Translations under genes and position numbers: made by a program
From: Candidatus Cloacimonadota bacterium
GTDB lineage: Bacteria > Cloacimonadota > Cloacimonadia > G963667145
Direction of reading: 5' to 3'
Assembly: GCA_963667255.1 (NCBI GenBank)
Contig: OY762940.1
Location: forward strand, 1,216,001-1,280,000
DNA length: 64,000 nt
The notes under the pieces: model-generated
The model's input: only the letters and a program-made list of their open reading frames with translations
Told to the model about the DNA's origin: nothing
The model's database searches: none
Shown here: piece after piece, positions 36,864-46,605 of the stretch
Layout: every line of letters starts with the position of its first letter
Numbering within the stretch: the first letter of the stretch is position 1

Positions 36864-37335
36864 TTCCTCCCTTAAAATTCACAAAATTTTTAATCTTCCT
36901 TAATATTTTCCCTGAAGTTTGCTTATTTGCCAAATCCACTACTTTCTTAACGAGCTGTAACATATCCTCTTCTCCGCTCCAATTATCCAAAATTATTTTG
37001 CTGTCAACCTCTTTGAACAAACTGTCGAGAGCAAAAATCGCCACCATCAAATCGTCCAAAAAGCCAACAAAAGGAATGAAATCGGGAATAATATCGATTG
37101 GCAACAAAAAATAAGCAGCTATCGCCGACATAAAGAGCTTGTTGGCAACGGAAAGCCTTTTTTCCAAAGACAACCTGCCAATCAATACAAAAATATCAGG
37201 CAACAAAAAAAGGTAATCACTCAAATTGGAAGTGTCGTCAGACGATTTCCTTTTAATCGTAAATTTCTCCCGCAGTTTTTCGTAAAATTGAAATTTTCTC
37301 GATTCCTTAAGAAAGATTTCTTTGCTTGTATCCAT
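36853..37335 (-). CDS. YkvA/DUF1232-family membrane protein
   Basis: AYFLLPIDIIPDFIPFVGFLDD; ATG 37335 has a GAGG SD. Confidence 0.88.
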   Translation of the reverse strand: MDTSKEIFLKESRKFQFYEKLREKFTIKRKSSDDTSNLSDYLFLLPDIFVLIGRLSLEKRLSVANKLFMSAIAAYFLLPIDIIPDFIPFVGFLDDLMVAIFALDSLFKEVDSKIILDNWSGEEDMLQLVKKVVDLANKQTSGKILRKIKNFVNFKGGNDE

Positions 37336-37357
37336 ATTTGTTATTCCCTCGTTAAAT

Positions 37358-38296
37358 TTATTTATATTCACAGACAACTTTTGCCCCTTCCTTGTTGATA
37401 GCTGAGCAATACGATTGAGAATTGATATTCAGACTGTCAAATTTTTTGCCTATTTCGTTACAAATATTTTCGGCTATTTTTTTATTTTTACTCATCACGA
37501 AAATAGATGGTCCAGAGCCCGAAATCCCGCAACCAATCGCTCCCATTTTTAGTGCCATCTTTTTTATCTCAACAAAAGCGGGAATTAACTTCGCTCTATA
37601 TGGCTCTACCAAAACATCTTGTAAGCCGAAACTTATCATCTCTTCGTTCCCTTGACTCAACCCTAAAAGCAGTGACGACAGATAACCGGTTTGTTTCACA
37701 ACATCTTCCATCGGGATTGACTTAGGCAAAACATTTCTGGAATCAGCAGTTTTTATCTCTATGTCGGGATGAACAACGCCTACAAATAAATCCAAATTAA
37801 AATCAATTTCGTGAATTTGCAAAGGATTGTATGAGCTAACGGAAACTATTCCTCCGAGTAACGATGGCGAAACATTATCCGCATGAGCACTGCCACAAGC
37901 TATTTTCTCTCCTTGCATAGCAAATTGCACCAACTCCTTTTTTGAGAGAGGTTCTCCAAGAAGAATATTTGCAGCAAAAACTCCTGCTACAGAAGAAGCG
38001 GAAGAAGAGCCTAATCCACTGCCTATAGGCATCTTTTTGTGGATTTCAACTTCAAACCCTTCCTTACAATTCATATAATCCAAATACGCTTGGATGGCAA
38101 CCGTCGCACAATTCTTTTCCGCCTCCAAAGGCAATCTGCCTTCGTCTCCCTCTATCTTGGTTATGACAAGCCCCGAAGAACTCTTTTTGGTCAAAACGAC
38201 CTCGTCTCCAGGATAATCTATAGCCAACCCTAATAAGTCGTAACCGGAATTTAAATTGGCAACCGTCGCCGGTGCAAAAACTTTAACTTTATTCAT
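37358..38296 (-). CDS. thrB: Homoserine kinase
   Basis: PATVANL..GYD, PIGSGLGSS, HADNV, SGSGPS. Confidence 0.95.
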   Translation of the reverse strand: MNKVKVFAPATVANLNSGYDLLGLAIDYPGDEVVLTKKSSSGLVITKIEGDEGRLPLEAEKNCATVAIQAYLDYMNCKEGFEVEIHKKMPIGSGLGSSSASSVAGVFAANILLGEPLSKKELVQFAMQGEKIACGSAHADNVSPSLLGGIVSVSSYNPLQIHEIDFNLDLFVGVVHPDIEIKTADSRNVLPKSIPMEDVVKQTGYLSSLLLGLSQGNEEMISFGLQDVLVEPYRAKLIPAFVEIKKMALKMGAIGCGISGSGPSIFVMSKNKKIAENICNEIGKKFDSLNINSQSYCSAINKEGAKVVCEYK

Positions 38297-38442
38297 AAAA
38301 CTACCTAAAAAAGATATATGCGAAAAACAAATGCTGAAAAATCACTATAAAGCAAAAAGCTCAATTCAAAATTTAATGTCAAGTTTCTTTAAGCTCTTTT
38401 TGTGCTGAAAATTTTCATTGATTTTCTGGATAAATTTGTATT

Positions 38443-39180
38443 TTAATATTCAACATTCTCCAAATACAATCCGTTTGGCGGAGCACAGAATTTATATCGA
38501 GCGGAATTATCTTTGCCATTTAAAATTTCCGATATTTTCTCCGGCTCTGCTCTCTCTTGGTGCAAGATAAAACAAGTGCCTACAATCCTTCTCACCATGT
38601 TGTGCAAAAATCTATTCCCCGAAATTTTCAAAATCCAATAATTCTCGTGCGGGCAAATAAATGCTGAGAAAATATAACAAACATTGCTTTTTATGGCAGG
38701 ATTGATTTTACAGAAATTACTGAAATCGTGCTCACCCTGAAGAAGTTCCAAATACTTGTTGATTAGTTCGCAATCAAGTTCCGCAAAATTGAAACAAGAG
38801 AAATACCTGTGGTTAAAAGCCGTCAATTTGTTGGTGATTTTGTATTGATAGGTTCTCTTTTTTGCGTGATATCGTGCGTGAAAATCGTTTGCCACTACAT
38901 CAACCTTGTTGACTCTAATATCGGCAGGAAGCAAGCTATTTAGGGCGTTTTGCAGATTTTGAGGATTTATGGCGTCAATGGGAAAATCTGAATGCACGGG
39001 CTGGCACAAAGCGTGGACTCCGGCATCAGTCCTGCCACTGGCAACTATCGGAACATTTTGTTTGCAGATTTTGCACAGAGCAACTTCCACAGCCTCTTGA
39101 ACGGAGACACCATTCGGCTGATACTGCATTCCCACATAGTCTGTCCCGTCGTATTCCAATATTAACTTCAACCGTCTCAC
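38443..39180 (-). CDS. truA: tRNA pseudouridine(38-40) synthase
   Basis: YDGT.Y.G.Q, SGRTDAGVHA, FHARY, FLHNMVR. Confidence 0.96.
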   Translation of the reverse strand: MRRLKLILEYDGTDYVGMQYQPNGVSVQEAVEVALCKICKQNVPIVASGRTDAGVHALCQPVHSDFPIDAINPQNLQNALNSLLPADIRVNKVDVVANDFHARYHAKKRTYQYKITNKLTAFNHRYFSCFNFAELDCELINKYLELLQGEHDFSNFCKINPAIKSNVCYIFSAFICPHENYWILKISGNRFLHNMVRRIVGTCFILHQERAEPEKISEILNGKDNSARYKFCAPPNGLYLENVEY

Positions 39181-41912
39181 TGAATCTCCTCGCTCAAGGC
39201 TTGCTTTATCTTTGACGGCAACTCTTTGTAGTCAACAAGTTCCGATTTTGTCGGCAAAATTATTTTGAAATAGTTTCCGTAACTTTTGGTAAAAATCCTA
39301 TTGTCGTAGCTGACCAGCACTCCATTGTCGCTCTTACTGCGAATCAATCTGCCAAAACCTTGCTTATATTTGAGCAGAGCGTTCGGCAACATATAATGAG
39401 TAAAAGAGTTTTTGCTTTCGTTTTGCAGATACTCCAAGTTCGCCTCCACCAAAGGGTCAGTGGGGACAGCAAACGGAAGTTTATATAAAATCAGAAGTTG
39501 GAGAGACTCTCCGGCGATGTCGATTCCTTCCCAAAAAGAGTTGGTAGCCAACAAGATGCTTGTTCTCGTATCTCGAAATTCTTCCAACAAGGATTCCCTG
39601 CTTTTACTTCCGTCTTGCGATAAAATCAGCCTGTTTTGCAAATTTACCCCTAAAAAATCTCTGGCTTTCCGTACATCAGATAACGAAGTAAATAGGATTA
39701 AGCTCCCAACTTCGTTTTCGTGTAAAATGCTCACGATGTTGGAAAAAATTTGTTTCTCTCCTGTTTTTGTTCCCGGCAAATCAAGCCCGCTGGCGACAAA
39801 GACCTTGCTTTGTTTCTCATAATCAAAAGGCGAATTAAACAATTGTTTTGCAACTCTATTTTGATTTTCTACCAAATTCAACCCCATCTTAGTGCTGAAA
39901 AAATCAAATTTCCCGCGTAAGGCGATAGTCGCAGAACAAAAAATTAGCGACTCTGCCCTATCGTATAAAATCTCCTTTATCTTCTGGTCGATTTGGATAG
40001 GAGTGTAGTTTACAGACAAAGAATAAAAACTCTCTCCGCCAGACAACCACAAGCAATTGTTAGCATAATCGGGATTCATCAATGTTGTAAAAAAGAGCAA
40101 ATAATTTTGGCACTCCTCTTTGATGTTTTTTAGTTTCTCCTTTACCGTATCGTAATCGACAAAAGTTGCTTTATCTTGCAAATCCACAAGGCTACATAGA
40201 AGGAGCAAATCGGAAAAAATTCTTTGAAAATCTTGGGAGCTTTTTGCCAAAGCCTTTTCCGCTATCATCTTCTTCAATCTGAATTTACCATAATTAGCGT
40301 TATCCTTGAAATGCAAAAACAGTTCCCTGTAAAAATCTTCTACCGAGCTAATTTGGCTTACTTCCTCAATTAGCTTTTGCAAAACATTTTCAAACTCTTT
40401 TTTGTCATCGGCAGAAACGCTGCTACCAACCAATTTCGATTTTATAAGCGGAACAATTCCTTTTTGAAATTTGTTTTTCTTGTTGTGGATGGAATCAAAA
40501 AACTTGGACAACTCCCAATAACTTATCTGTAAACCCAGATGAGACAACGCAACTCCATGAAAATTGTGGGCTTCATCTATCACAAAATTTTCCGCTGAGT
40601 TCAGTGTCGGCATACCGAGGAGCAACTCTATCACCAAGAGCGAATGATTGACTATGACCAAATCGCTTTTTTTGGCCAACGCCTTTGCTTTATACAGATA
40701 GCAATCTTTGTAAAACGAGCATTTTCTGTTGGTGCAAAAATTGGAATCACTGCAAATCTTGCTCCACAATCTGGACCCCTGACTAAACCCTGAGTGATAA
40801 CTAATGTCTCCCGTATTGGTAAACCAAATCCAAGGCAAAATTAAAAACATCTGTGCAAATTCACTTTCCGATAAATCAAAACTATCATTTTTTTGCTGAT
40901 TGAATTTACTCAAACACAGATAGTTAGACCTGCCTTTCAGCAGACAGGCTTTAAAATTAATCGGCAAACTATCTACCAAAACCGGCAAATCCTTAGTCAT
41001 CAATTGCCTTTGCAAATTCATGGTGTTCGTCGAGATGACAACTTGCTTGTCTGTAGACTTGCTATAGATAATGGACGGAACTAAATACGCCAACGATTTT
41101 CCCGTTCCCGTTCCGGCTTCCGCAAGTAAAATCCTGCCATTTTCAAAAGCATCAAGAACATTTTCCGCCATCATTATTTGAGATTTTCTGACTTGATAAA
41201 AATCAAATTTCTTGCTCAAAAGACCGTTTTCCTCAAAAAAATCGTCGATTTCTATTTTTTTTTCTTCGGAAACAATGTGTTCAAAATAGTTGATATCTTC
41301 TTGATATTTGCTGAGATTGGACTTGGTTAATATGCTTTGAGACAACAGAAATCCCGACATTTCGTCCAAAAAATCTATTCCGTGAACACCACCCTCTTTG
41401 CCGAAATCGTGCATTAATTTACACAATTCGGGTGTAAATTTATCTTGAACATAGTCCAAAATTTTTACCGTTAGCCTTGCGAAAAATTTGTTTTTTTCTT
41501 TTAGATTTTGCGATGAGGGGATTGTTAGCCCAAAATTTTTGCTCAAAGATTCTAAGGAGTGAGAGGTTAAAAACGGCAAAATAGACCTGCAAATCCACAG
41601 AAAGTCTTGCAATCCGTTTTCCTGTAAAAATGGGCTTAGCTCCTGATTTGCAAAAACAAAGAGAGGAAACCCATCTGCTTTCCTTTGAATAGCTTCTATC
41701 GTTTCGTCTATTTCAAGTTCGCCAAAGTAGCTTACTTTTTTTATATCACTTTCGGGGAAATTCAATTCGAAAGATTTAGATGAATAAAAAGCATTTTTTG
41801 ATATTCTACCCTTTTTGTAAAAAAACAGATTGAAAAATGCAGGAAAATTTTTGTTGTCGGAAGACGCAATCTCGACCACCCAAAAAGCGAAATCGTCAGT
41901 AAACCTCATCAT
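39177..41912 (-). CDS. dinG: DinG/YoaA-family Fe-S ATP-dependent helicase
   Basis: EAGTGTGKS, KGRSNYLC, VNHSLL, IDEAH, SAT, FWEGID, QGFGRLIR. Confidence 0.9.
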   Translation of the reverse strand: MMRFTDDFAFWVVEIASSDNKNFPAFFNLFFYKKGRISKNAFYSSKSFELNFPESDIKKVSYFGELEIDETIEAIQRKADGFPLFVFANQELSPFLQENGLQDFLWICRSILPFLTSHSLESLSKNFGLTIPSSQNLKEKNKFFARLTVKILDYVQDKFTPELCKLMHDFGKEGGVHGIDFLDEMSGFLLSQSILTKSNLSKYQEDINYFEHIVSEEKKIEIDDFFEENGLLSKKFDFYQVRKSQIMMAENVLDAFENGRILLAEAGTGTGKSLAYLVPSIIYSKSTDKQVVISTNTMNLQRQLMTKDLPVLVDSLPINFKACLLKGRSNYLCLSKFNQQKNDSFDLSESEFAQMFLILPWIWFTNTGDISYHSGFSQGSRLWSKICSDSNFCTNRKCSFYKDCYLYKAKALAKKSDLVIVNHSLLVIELLLGMPTLNSAENFVIDEAHNFHGVALSHLGLQISYWELSKFFDSIHNKKNKFQKGIVPLIKSKLVGSSVSADDKKEFENVLQKLIEEVSQISSVEDFYRELFLHFKDNANYGKFRLKKMIAEKALAKSSQDFQRIFSDLLLLCSLVDLQDKATFVDYDTVKEKLKNIKEECQNYLLFFTTLMNPDYANNCLWLSGGESFYSLSVNYTPIQIDQKIKEILYDRAESLIFCSATIALRGKFDFFSTKMGLNLVENQNRVAKQLFNSPFDYEKQSKVFVASGLDLPGTKTGEKQIFSNIVSILHENEVGSLILFTSLSDVRKARDFLGVNLQNRLILSQDGSKSRESLLEEFRDTRTSILLATNSFWEGIDIAGESLQLLILYKLPFAVPTDPLVEANLEYLQNESKNSFTHYMLPNALLKYKQGFGRLIRSKSDNGVLVSYDNRIFTKSYGNYFKIILPTKSELVDYKELPSKIKQALSEEIQ

Positions 41913-42946
41913 AGGATAATCATGGCATCGCCGTAACTGAAAAATCTATACCCATCATCAACAGCCTTTTTATACGCATTCATTGTGTTTTGATACCCTG
42001 CAAATCCAGCAACCATCATAATCAGCGTAGATTCTGGCAGATGAAAATTGGTAATCATCCCGTCAATTATGTTAAACTTTTCCCCGGGATACAGGAAAAT
42101 ATCTGTCTCTTTTTCTCCGTGAGCAACAAACTCTCTTGGGTCAAAAAAGCTCTCCAAAGTTCTGACAGAAGTAGAACCAACAGCAATAATGCGATTTCCT
42201 TTGCTCTTCGTTTCCCTAATAAGCGTTGCCGTTTCTTCGCTAACCCTGCAAAACTCTTTATGCATTTTGTGATTTAAAATGTTTGGTGTATTTACCGGCA
42301 AAAAAGTTCCAAGTCCAACATGCAAAGTCACAAAAGTTTTTTTAACACCTTTACTTTCCAGTTTGTTGAGCAGCTCTTCCGTAAAATGCAAACCTGCCGT
42401 AGGAGCAGCTACAGAACCATCCTCTTTGGCATAAATCGTTTGATATCGCTGCTTATCCGCCTCGACTGCATCTCGCTTAATATAAGGAGGCAACGGCATT
42501 TTGCCGATTTTCTCTATCCAATATTTAACAGTATTCCCATCGGGAGAATACAGTTTAATGACATTAGTTTGTCCGTTCTTGCTGATGACTTCGGCTTTCA
42601 AATCAAACCCAAGATTTATTATAGAGCCTATTTTTAATCTCGAAGCTGGTCTCAACAAACATTGCCAAGTATTGTTTCCCAGCTCCTTGAGCAAAAATAT
42701 CTCAATCTTGGCACCGGTAGTTTTATGCCCAAAAAGCCTTGCCGGAATTACTTTGGTTTGGTTTAAAACGAGTAAATCGCCAGAATGCAGAAAATCAATA
42801 ACTTCGGGGAAAATACAATTTGTGCACTTTCCGGTGTCTCTTTGCATATGCATCAACCTGCAACTTCCTCTATTTTGTGGGGGATTTTGAGCAATTTGAT
42901 TTTCCGGAAGATTGAAAAAATAGTCTTTTGTATTCAAAAAATTCAA
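41909..42946 (-). CDS. queA: S-adenosylmethionine:tRNA ribosyltransferase-isomerase
   Basis: MPLPPYI, YQT.YA, AAPTAGLHFT, LHVGLGTF, NFHLP, FSYGDAM. Confidence 0.97.
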   Translation of the reverse strand: MNFLNTKDYFFNLPENQIAQNPPQNRGSCRLMHMQRDTGKCTNCIFPEVIDFLHSGDLLVLNQTKVIPARLFGHKTTGAKIEIFLLKELGNNTWQCLLRPASRLKIGSIINLGFDLKAEVISKNGQTNVIKLYSPDGNTVKYWIEKIGKMPLPPYIKRDAVEADKQRYQTIYAKEDGSVAAPTAGLHFTEELLNKLESKGVKKTFVTLHVGLGTFLPVNTPNILNHKMHKEFCRVSEETATLIRETKSKGNRIIAVGSTSVRTLESFFDPREFVAHGEKETDIFLYPGEKFNIIDGMITNFHLPESTLIMMVAGFAGYQNTMNAYKKAVDDGYRFFSYGDAMIIL

Positions 42947-43716
42947 TTTCTGTCCAGTTTTCTTAAAACAGCTTTAAACTTGCCGAATAGAAATTTGCTC
43001 TCAAGCAAAATCGGGATTTTCTCTTCATCAGCAGTCAAATATATCACAATCTTGCCCTCGTTTTTAAATAATGCGTTATCAGCCAAAATAGGTCGTATCT
43101 TATAGCACTCTATTTTTTTGTCGAACAAAGGAGAGTAAACTTTCTCTTTGCCCATAAACAGCACTTTAGCAAAATAGTTGTCGCCGTCCGCTGTAACATT
43201 TATGTAAAAAGGCTCTTTCTTTTTGGTGAACTCATCCAAATCTTTTAATCGCGTTAAATAGAAGGCGGACAAAATATCCAAGGTATTTTCGGGTATTTTC
43301 ATCACGGATTTTATATATTTTCCCTCTTCAAAATCGTATTTTTCGTAAAAACTTAAGAGTTTATTGTGGAAATAGTAATGAACCCGCTTTTGCCTGTAAC
43401 TACCTTCTTTAAGGTCTTTGCTAAATTTGAGCGACAATAAACTTTCTTGGCTCCAAATCGAGGTAATGGTGTCTCTGACTTTGTAAAAAGCGTCAAAAAA
43501 AGAGTTCGATTTAGCCGAAGATTCTATCTTATAAACCGCAACCGGCTCGTCCTGAATTAACTGCTCACAATAAACATCTTTCGTAATGCTGAGAGTAGCT
43601 TCTCCAGCAGTGATAAATCCGTATTCCAAGGAGAATGTTAGCTTTTCAGGAGTTTCAAAAGAAAAAATACTACCAAAAACCAAAATTTCCAGTAGTATTA
43701 GTGTTAATTTTTTCAT
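42943..43716 (-). CDS. DUF3108-family exported protein
   Basis: Signal peptide; E.L.F...YGFITAG.A, FYKVRD, DILSAFY..R, D..KIP. Confidence 0.8.
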   Translation of the reverse strand: MKKLTLILLEILVFGSIFSFETPEKLTFSLEYGFITAGEATLSITKDVYCEQLIQDEPVAVYKIESSAKSNSFFDAFYKVRDTITSIWSQESLLSLKFSKDLKEGSYRQKRVHYYFHNKLLSFYEKYDFEEGKYIKSVMKIPENTLDILSAFYLTRLKDLDEFTKKKEPFYINVTADGDNYFAKVLFMGKEKVYSPLFDKKIECYKIRPILADNALFKNEGKIVIYLTADEEKIPILLESKFLFGKFKAVLRKLDRN

Positions 43717-43723
43717 AAAAATA

Positions 43724-43750
43724 CTCCTCAGAAATAATATTTCCGAGGAG
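43724..43750 (-). terminator. Hairpin after the bS22-like gene (terminator and/or RBS-occluding stem)
   Basis: CTCCTCGGAAAT-att-ATTTCTGAGGAG on the minus strand, followed by TATTTTT. Confidence 0.6.
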
Positions 43751-43760
43751 AAGTTAAATT

Positions 43761-43856
43761 TTATCTATTCTTCTTTTTATGTCTATCTTTACGAAGTCTT
43801 TTCTTTCTTTTATGTGTGCTTATTTTGTTCTTTTTCCGTTTTCTTCCACAAGGCAT
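43761..43856 (-). CDS. Small basic ribosomal protein, bS22/AURKAIP1-COX24 (mS38-like) family, 31 aa
   Basis: Hand translation MPCGRKRKKNKISTHKRKKRLRKDRHKKKNR*; AGGAG SD; absent from the ORF track. Confidence 0.85.
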   Translation of the reverse strand: MPCGRKRKKNKISTHKRKKRLRKDRHKKKNR

Positions 43857-43871
43857 CTATCTACTCCTAAA

Positions 43872-44159
43872 CTAAGATTTATTACTTTTTATCACATCGT
43901 CTTTGAACGACTTGGAAAATTTAAAAGTAGGCACAACACGAGCAGGAATATCAACTTCCACACCAGTTTTAGGATTTCTGCCTATACCTGACTTGCGAAT
44001 CTTATTTTTAAAAGTTCCAAATCCTCTAATTTCAATATGGCTACCTTCTTTTAAACTCTCGATAGTTGACTCCAAAAATGCATCAACAACAATCGCTACA
44101 TCTTTTCTTATTATTCCAGTATCTCTAGAAATTTTTTGAACTAAATTTGCTTTCGTCAT
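43872..44159 (-). CDS. HU/IHF-family DNA-binding protein
   Basis: MTKA.LV, IEIRGFGTF, GRNPKTG, VPTFK. Confidence 0.95.
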   Translation of the reverse strand: MTKANLVQKISRDTGIIRKDVAIVVDAFLESTIESLKEGSHIEIRGFGTFKNKIRKSGIGRNPKTGVEVDIPARVVPTFKFSKSFKDDVIKSNKS

Positions 44160-44191
44160 AATTTCTTCCTTTATCTAATTTCTTTCATCTC

Positions 44192-44219
44192 AACTTTTTA
44201 TCCACCTAACTTTTGTCAA
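44192..44219 (-). promoter_or_regulatory. Putative HU/IHF operon promoter TTGACA-N16-AAAGTT
   Basis: Recurrent motif seen at several operon heads. Confidence 0.55.
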
Positions 44220-44280
44220 GACAAAAAAAACAACTAACTAATATATTAACAAAATGTTAAACAGGAAATCACAAATTTCA

Positions 44281-44313
44281 AAAAATGGTGACCTTCTGTC
44301 AAGACCACCATTT
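44281..44313 (-). terminator. Rho-independent terminator after ptb
   Basis: AAATGGTG...CACCATTT stem with a T-tract on the minus strand. Confidence 0.7.
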
Positions 44314-44323
44314 CCAACTATTT

Positions 44324-45232
44324 TTACCCCAAAAATGTAGCCAAAGCTATAGAAAACAGCTTGGTTTGGGTGCTATCGCCTCTCGAAGCCAAGATACAAG
44401 GAACGCTTGTTCCCATTACCACGGCAGCAAATTTGCTTTCTGTAAACCTGGAAATTGTCTTATAAAAAACATTCCCTGCTTCTATGGCGTTGAAAAGCAA
44501 ACAATCCGCATCGCCGGCAACTTCGGATTTTACTCCTTTAATCTCGGCACACTCTTTGCTCACAGCCACATCCAATGCCAAAGGTCCATCGATGATGCAA
44601 TTTTTTATTTGTCCTCTGTCAGCCATTTTTGAGAGCATCGCAGCCTCCACACAAGAAGGGATTTTGTGTTGCATCTTTTCAATCGCGGTAATAGGAGCAA
44701 TCTTTGGTTTTGCTACACCGAGAGCCCGTGCAAACTTTGCCAAATAGTTCGCAATCGCCACTTTTTGCTCAAAAGTCGGAGCAGGCAAAACCGCACCATC
44801 GGAAAACATCAGAAGTTTGTGATAAGAAGGATTGTCAACGATACCAATATGCGAAAGAACAGATTTGGGAGGCAACAATCCCTTTTCTTTGTTCAAAAGA
44901 GCCCTAAGGTAGTTGTCTGAGGAAATAAGTCCCTTCATTATTATATCGCCTTTACCTTCTCTTATCAGCGAAACAGCTTTTTCTCCGGCAGGAATTTCTT
45001 CAGGCTCGTCCACTATTGTAAAAATCGAAGAGTCGATTTTCTCCTTTTGGCAAACCTCAATAATTTTGTTTTTATCTCCAACTAAAGTAACTTCCACAAT
45101 TCCTAAAGCGATAGCTTTACTGGTGGCTTCTATGGAATGTGAATCTTGCCCAAAAGCAACAACCAGTCTTTTTTTTGTGGTCGCTTTCGCAGCCTCTTCT
45201 AGAGCCATATCCAAGCTTGTGATTTGTTTCAT
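44324..45232 (-). CDS. ptb: Phosphate butyryltransferase / phosphate acyltransferase
   Basis: IMKG, SD......P, DGPLALDVA, VAGDAD, IEAGN, SRGDS. Confidence 0.88.
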   Translation of the reverse strand: MKQITSLDMALEEAAKATTKKRLVVAFGQDSHSIEATSKAIALGIVEVTLVGDKNKIIEVCQKEKIDSSIFTIVDEPEEIPAGEKAVSLIREGKGDIIMKGLISSDNYLRALLNKEKGLLPPKSVLSHIGIVDNPSYHKLLMFSDGAVLPAPTFEQKVAIANYLAKFARALGVAKPKIAPITAIEKMQHKIPSCVEAAMLSKMADRGQIKNCIIDGPLALDVAVSKECAEIKGVKSEVAGDADCLLFNAIEAGNVFYKTISRFTESKFAAVVMGTSVPCILASRGDSTQTKLFSIALATFLG

Positions 45233-45296
45233 CTCTACTCCTTAATAGATATCAAATTTGCAAGCAATAAAAAAAACCGATTTGCAAATGTCAAAT

Positions 45297-45329
45297 AAAA
45301 AAGCCGACAGAAAAATTAATTCTGTCGGC
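45297..45329 (-). terminator. Rho-independent terminator after oadB
   Basis: GCCGACAGAA...TTCTGTCGGC 10-bp stem plus T-tract on the minus strand. Confidence 0.88.
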
Positions 45330-45350
45330 ATAAATTTACTAATTTCAAAT

Positions 45351-46583
45351 TTACTTAATCAGAGCAAGCAATACACCAGCTGCAACAGCTGAACCGATAA
45401 CTCCTGCAACATTAGGTCCCATAGCGTGCATCAGCAAGAAGTTTGAACGATTTTCCGCTTGTCCAACTTTGTTCACCACACGAGCAGCCATAGGCACGGC
45501 AGAAACGCCGGCAGCACCAATGAGAGGATTTACCTTGCCACCACTCATTTTGCACATAACTTTACCGAACAAAACACCAGCGGTAGTTCCCACGATAAAT
45601 GCTATCAAGCCGAGAATCAAAATTCCAATTGTGTTGAAATTGAGAAAATTCTCAGCTGCCAACTTACTACCAACACCAAGTCCCAAGAAGATGGTAACGA
45701 TGTTCATCAACTCGTTTTGAGCAGCCTTACTCAATCTGTCCACAACTCCGCACTCTTTCAACAAGTTACCAAAAGCAACCATACCGATGAGCGGTGTAGC
45801 TGATGGCAAGAATAAAGCACAGAGAGAGAGCAAAATAAGAGGGAACAGGATTTTTTCCAGCTTCTTAACAGGTCTCAAAGTTTCCATCTTAATCATTCTT
45901 TCCTCTTTGGTGGTAAAGAATTTCATAATAGGCGGTTGAATAATCGGAACCAAAGCCATATAGGAGTAAGCCGCAACAGCTATCGGACCAAGAAGGTCAG
46001 GTTTCAATCTGGATGTAACGAAGATTGATGTAGGACCATCCGCACCACCAATGATGCCGATAGAGCCAGCAGCAGCCAAATCAAATCCATCAAATCCTAT
46101 AGAAGGGATAGCCGGCAAAAGCAAAGCACCCAATAAAGCAAAAAAAATACCGAATTGAGCGGCTGCACCCAAAAGCAAAGTTTTGGGGTTAGCAATCAGC
46201 GGACCAAAGTCGGTCATAGCACCAATCCCCATAAAAATCAACAGCGGGAAAACACCTGTTTTGATACCAACAGCATAAACATAATGTAAAATCCCCTCAG
46301 CTTCGTTAAATCCCGCAAAAGGGATGTTCGAGAGAATTGCTCCAAAAGCCATCGGAACCAAGATAAGAGGTTCAAAACCTTTTTTGATGCCAAGGTAAAG
46401 CAAAACAAAGCCAACCAAAATCATCACAAAGTTTTTCCAACCAGAATTTACAAGAAATCCTCTTAAGCCGGAACCTTCGTATAAATCGATGAATCCTCTC
46501 CCTACTGAGATACCTTCATTTGCCAAAAGCGTTGAACAAGTGAGCATCAATGCCAAGGCAATAACTAATTTTTTTAATTTCAT
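45351..46583 (-). CDS. oadB: Na+-translocating decarboxylase beta subunit
   Basis: [57 protein letters not shown]. Confidence 0.96.
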   Translation of the reverse strand: MKLKKLVIALALMLTCSTLLANEGISVGRGFIDLYEGSGLRGFLVNSGWKNFVMILVGFVLLYLGIKKGFEPLILVPMAFGAILSNIPFAGFNEAEGILHYVYAVGIKTGVFPLLIFMGIGAMTDFGPLIANPKTLLLGAAAQFGIFFALLGALLLPAIPSIGFDGFDLAAAGSIGIIGGADGPTSIFVTSRLKPDLLGPIAVAAYSYMALVPIIQPPIMKFFTTKEERMIKMETLRPVKKLEKILFPLILLSLCALFLPSATPLIGMVAFGNLLKECGVVDRLSKAAQNELMNIVTIFLGLGVGSKLAAENFLNFNTIGILILGLIAFIVGTTAGVLFGKVMCKMSGGKVNPLIGAAGVSAVPMAARVVNKVGQAENRSNFLLMHAMGPNVAGVIGSAVAAGVLLALIK

Positions 46584-46605
46584 AAGCCAAAATCCTAAAA
46601 ATAAT

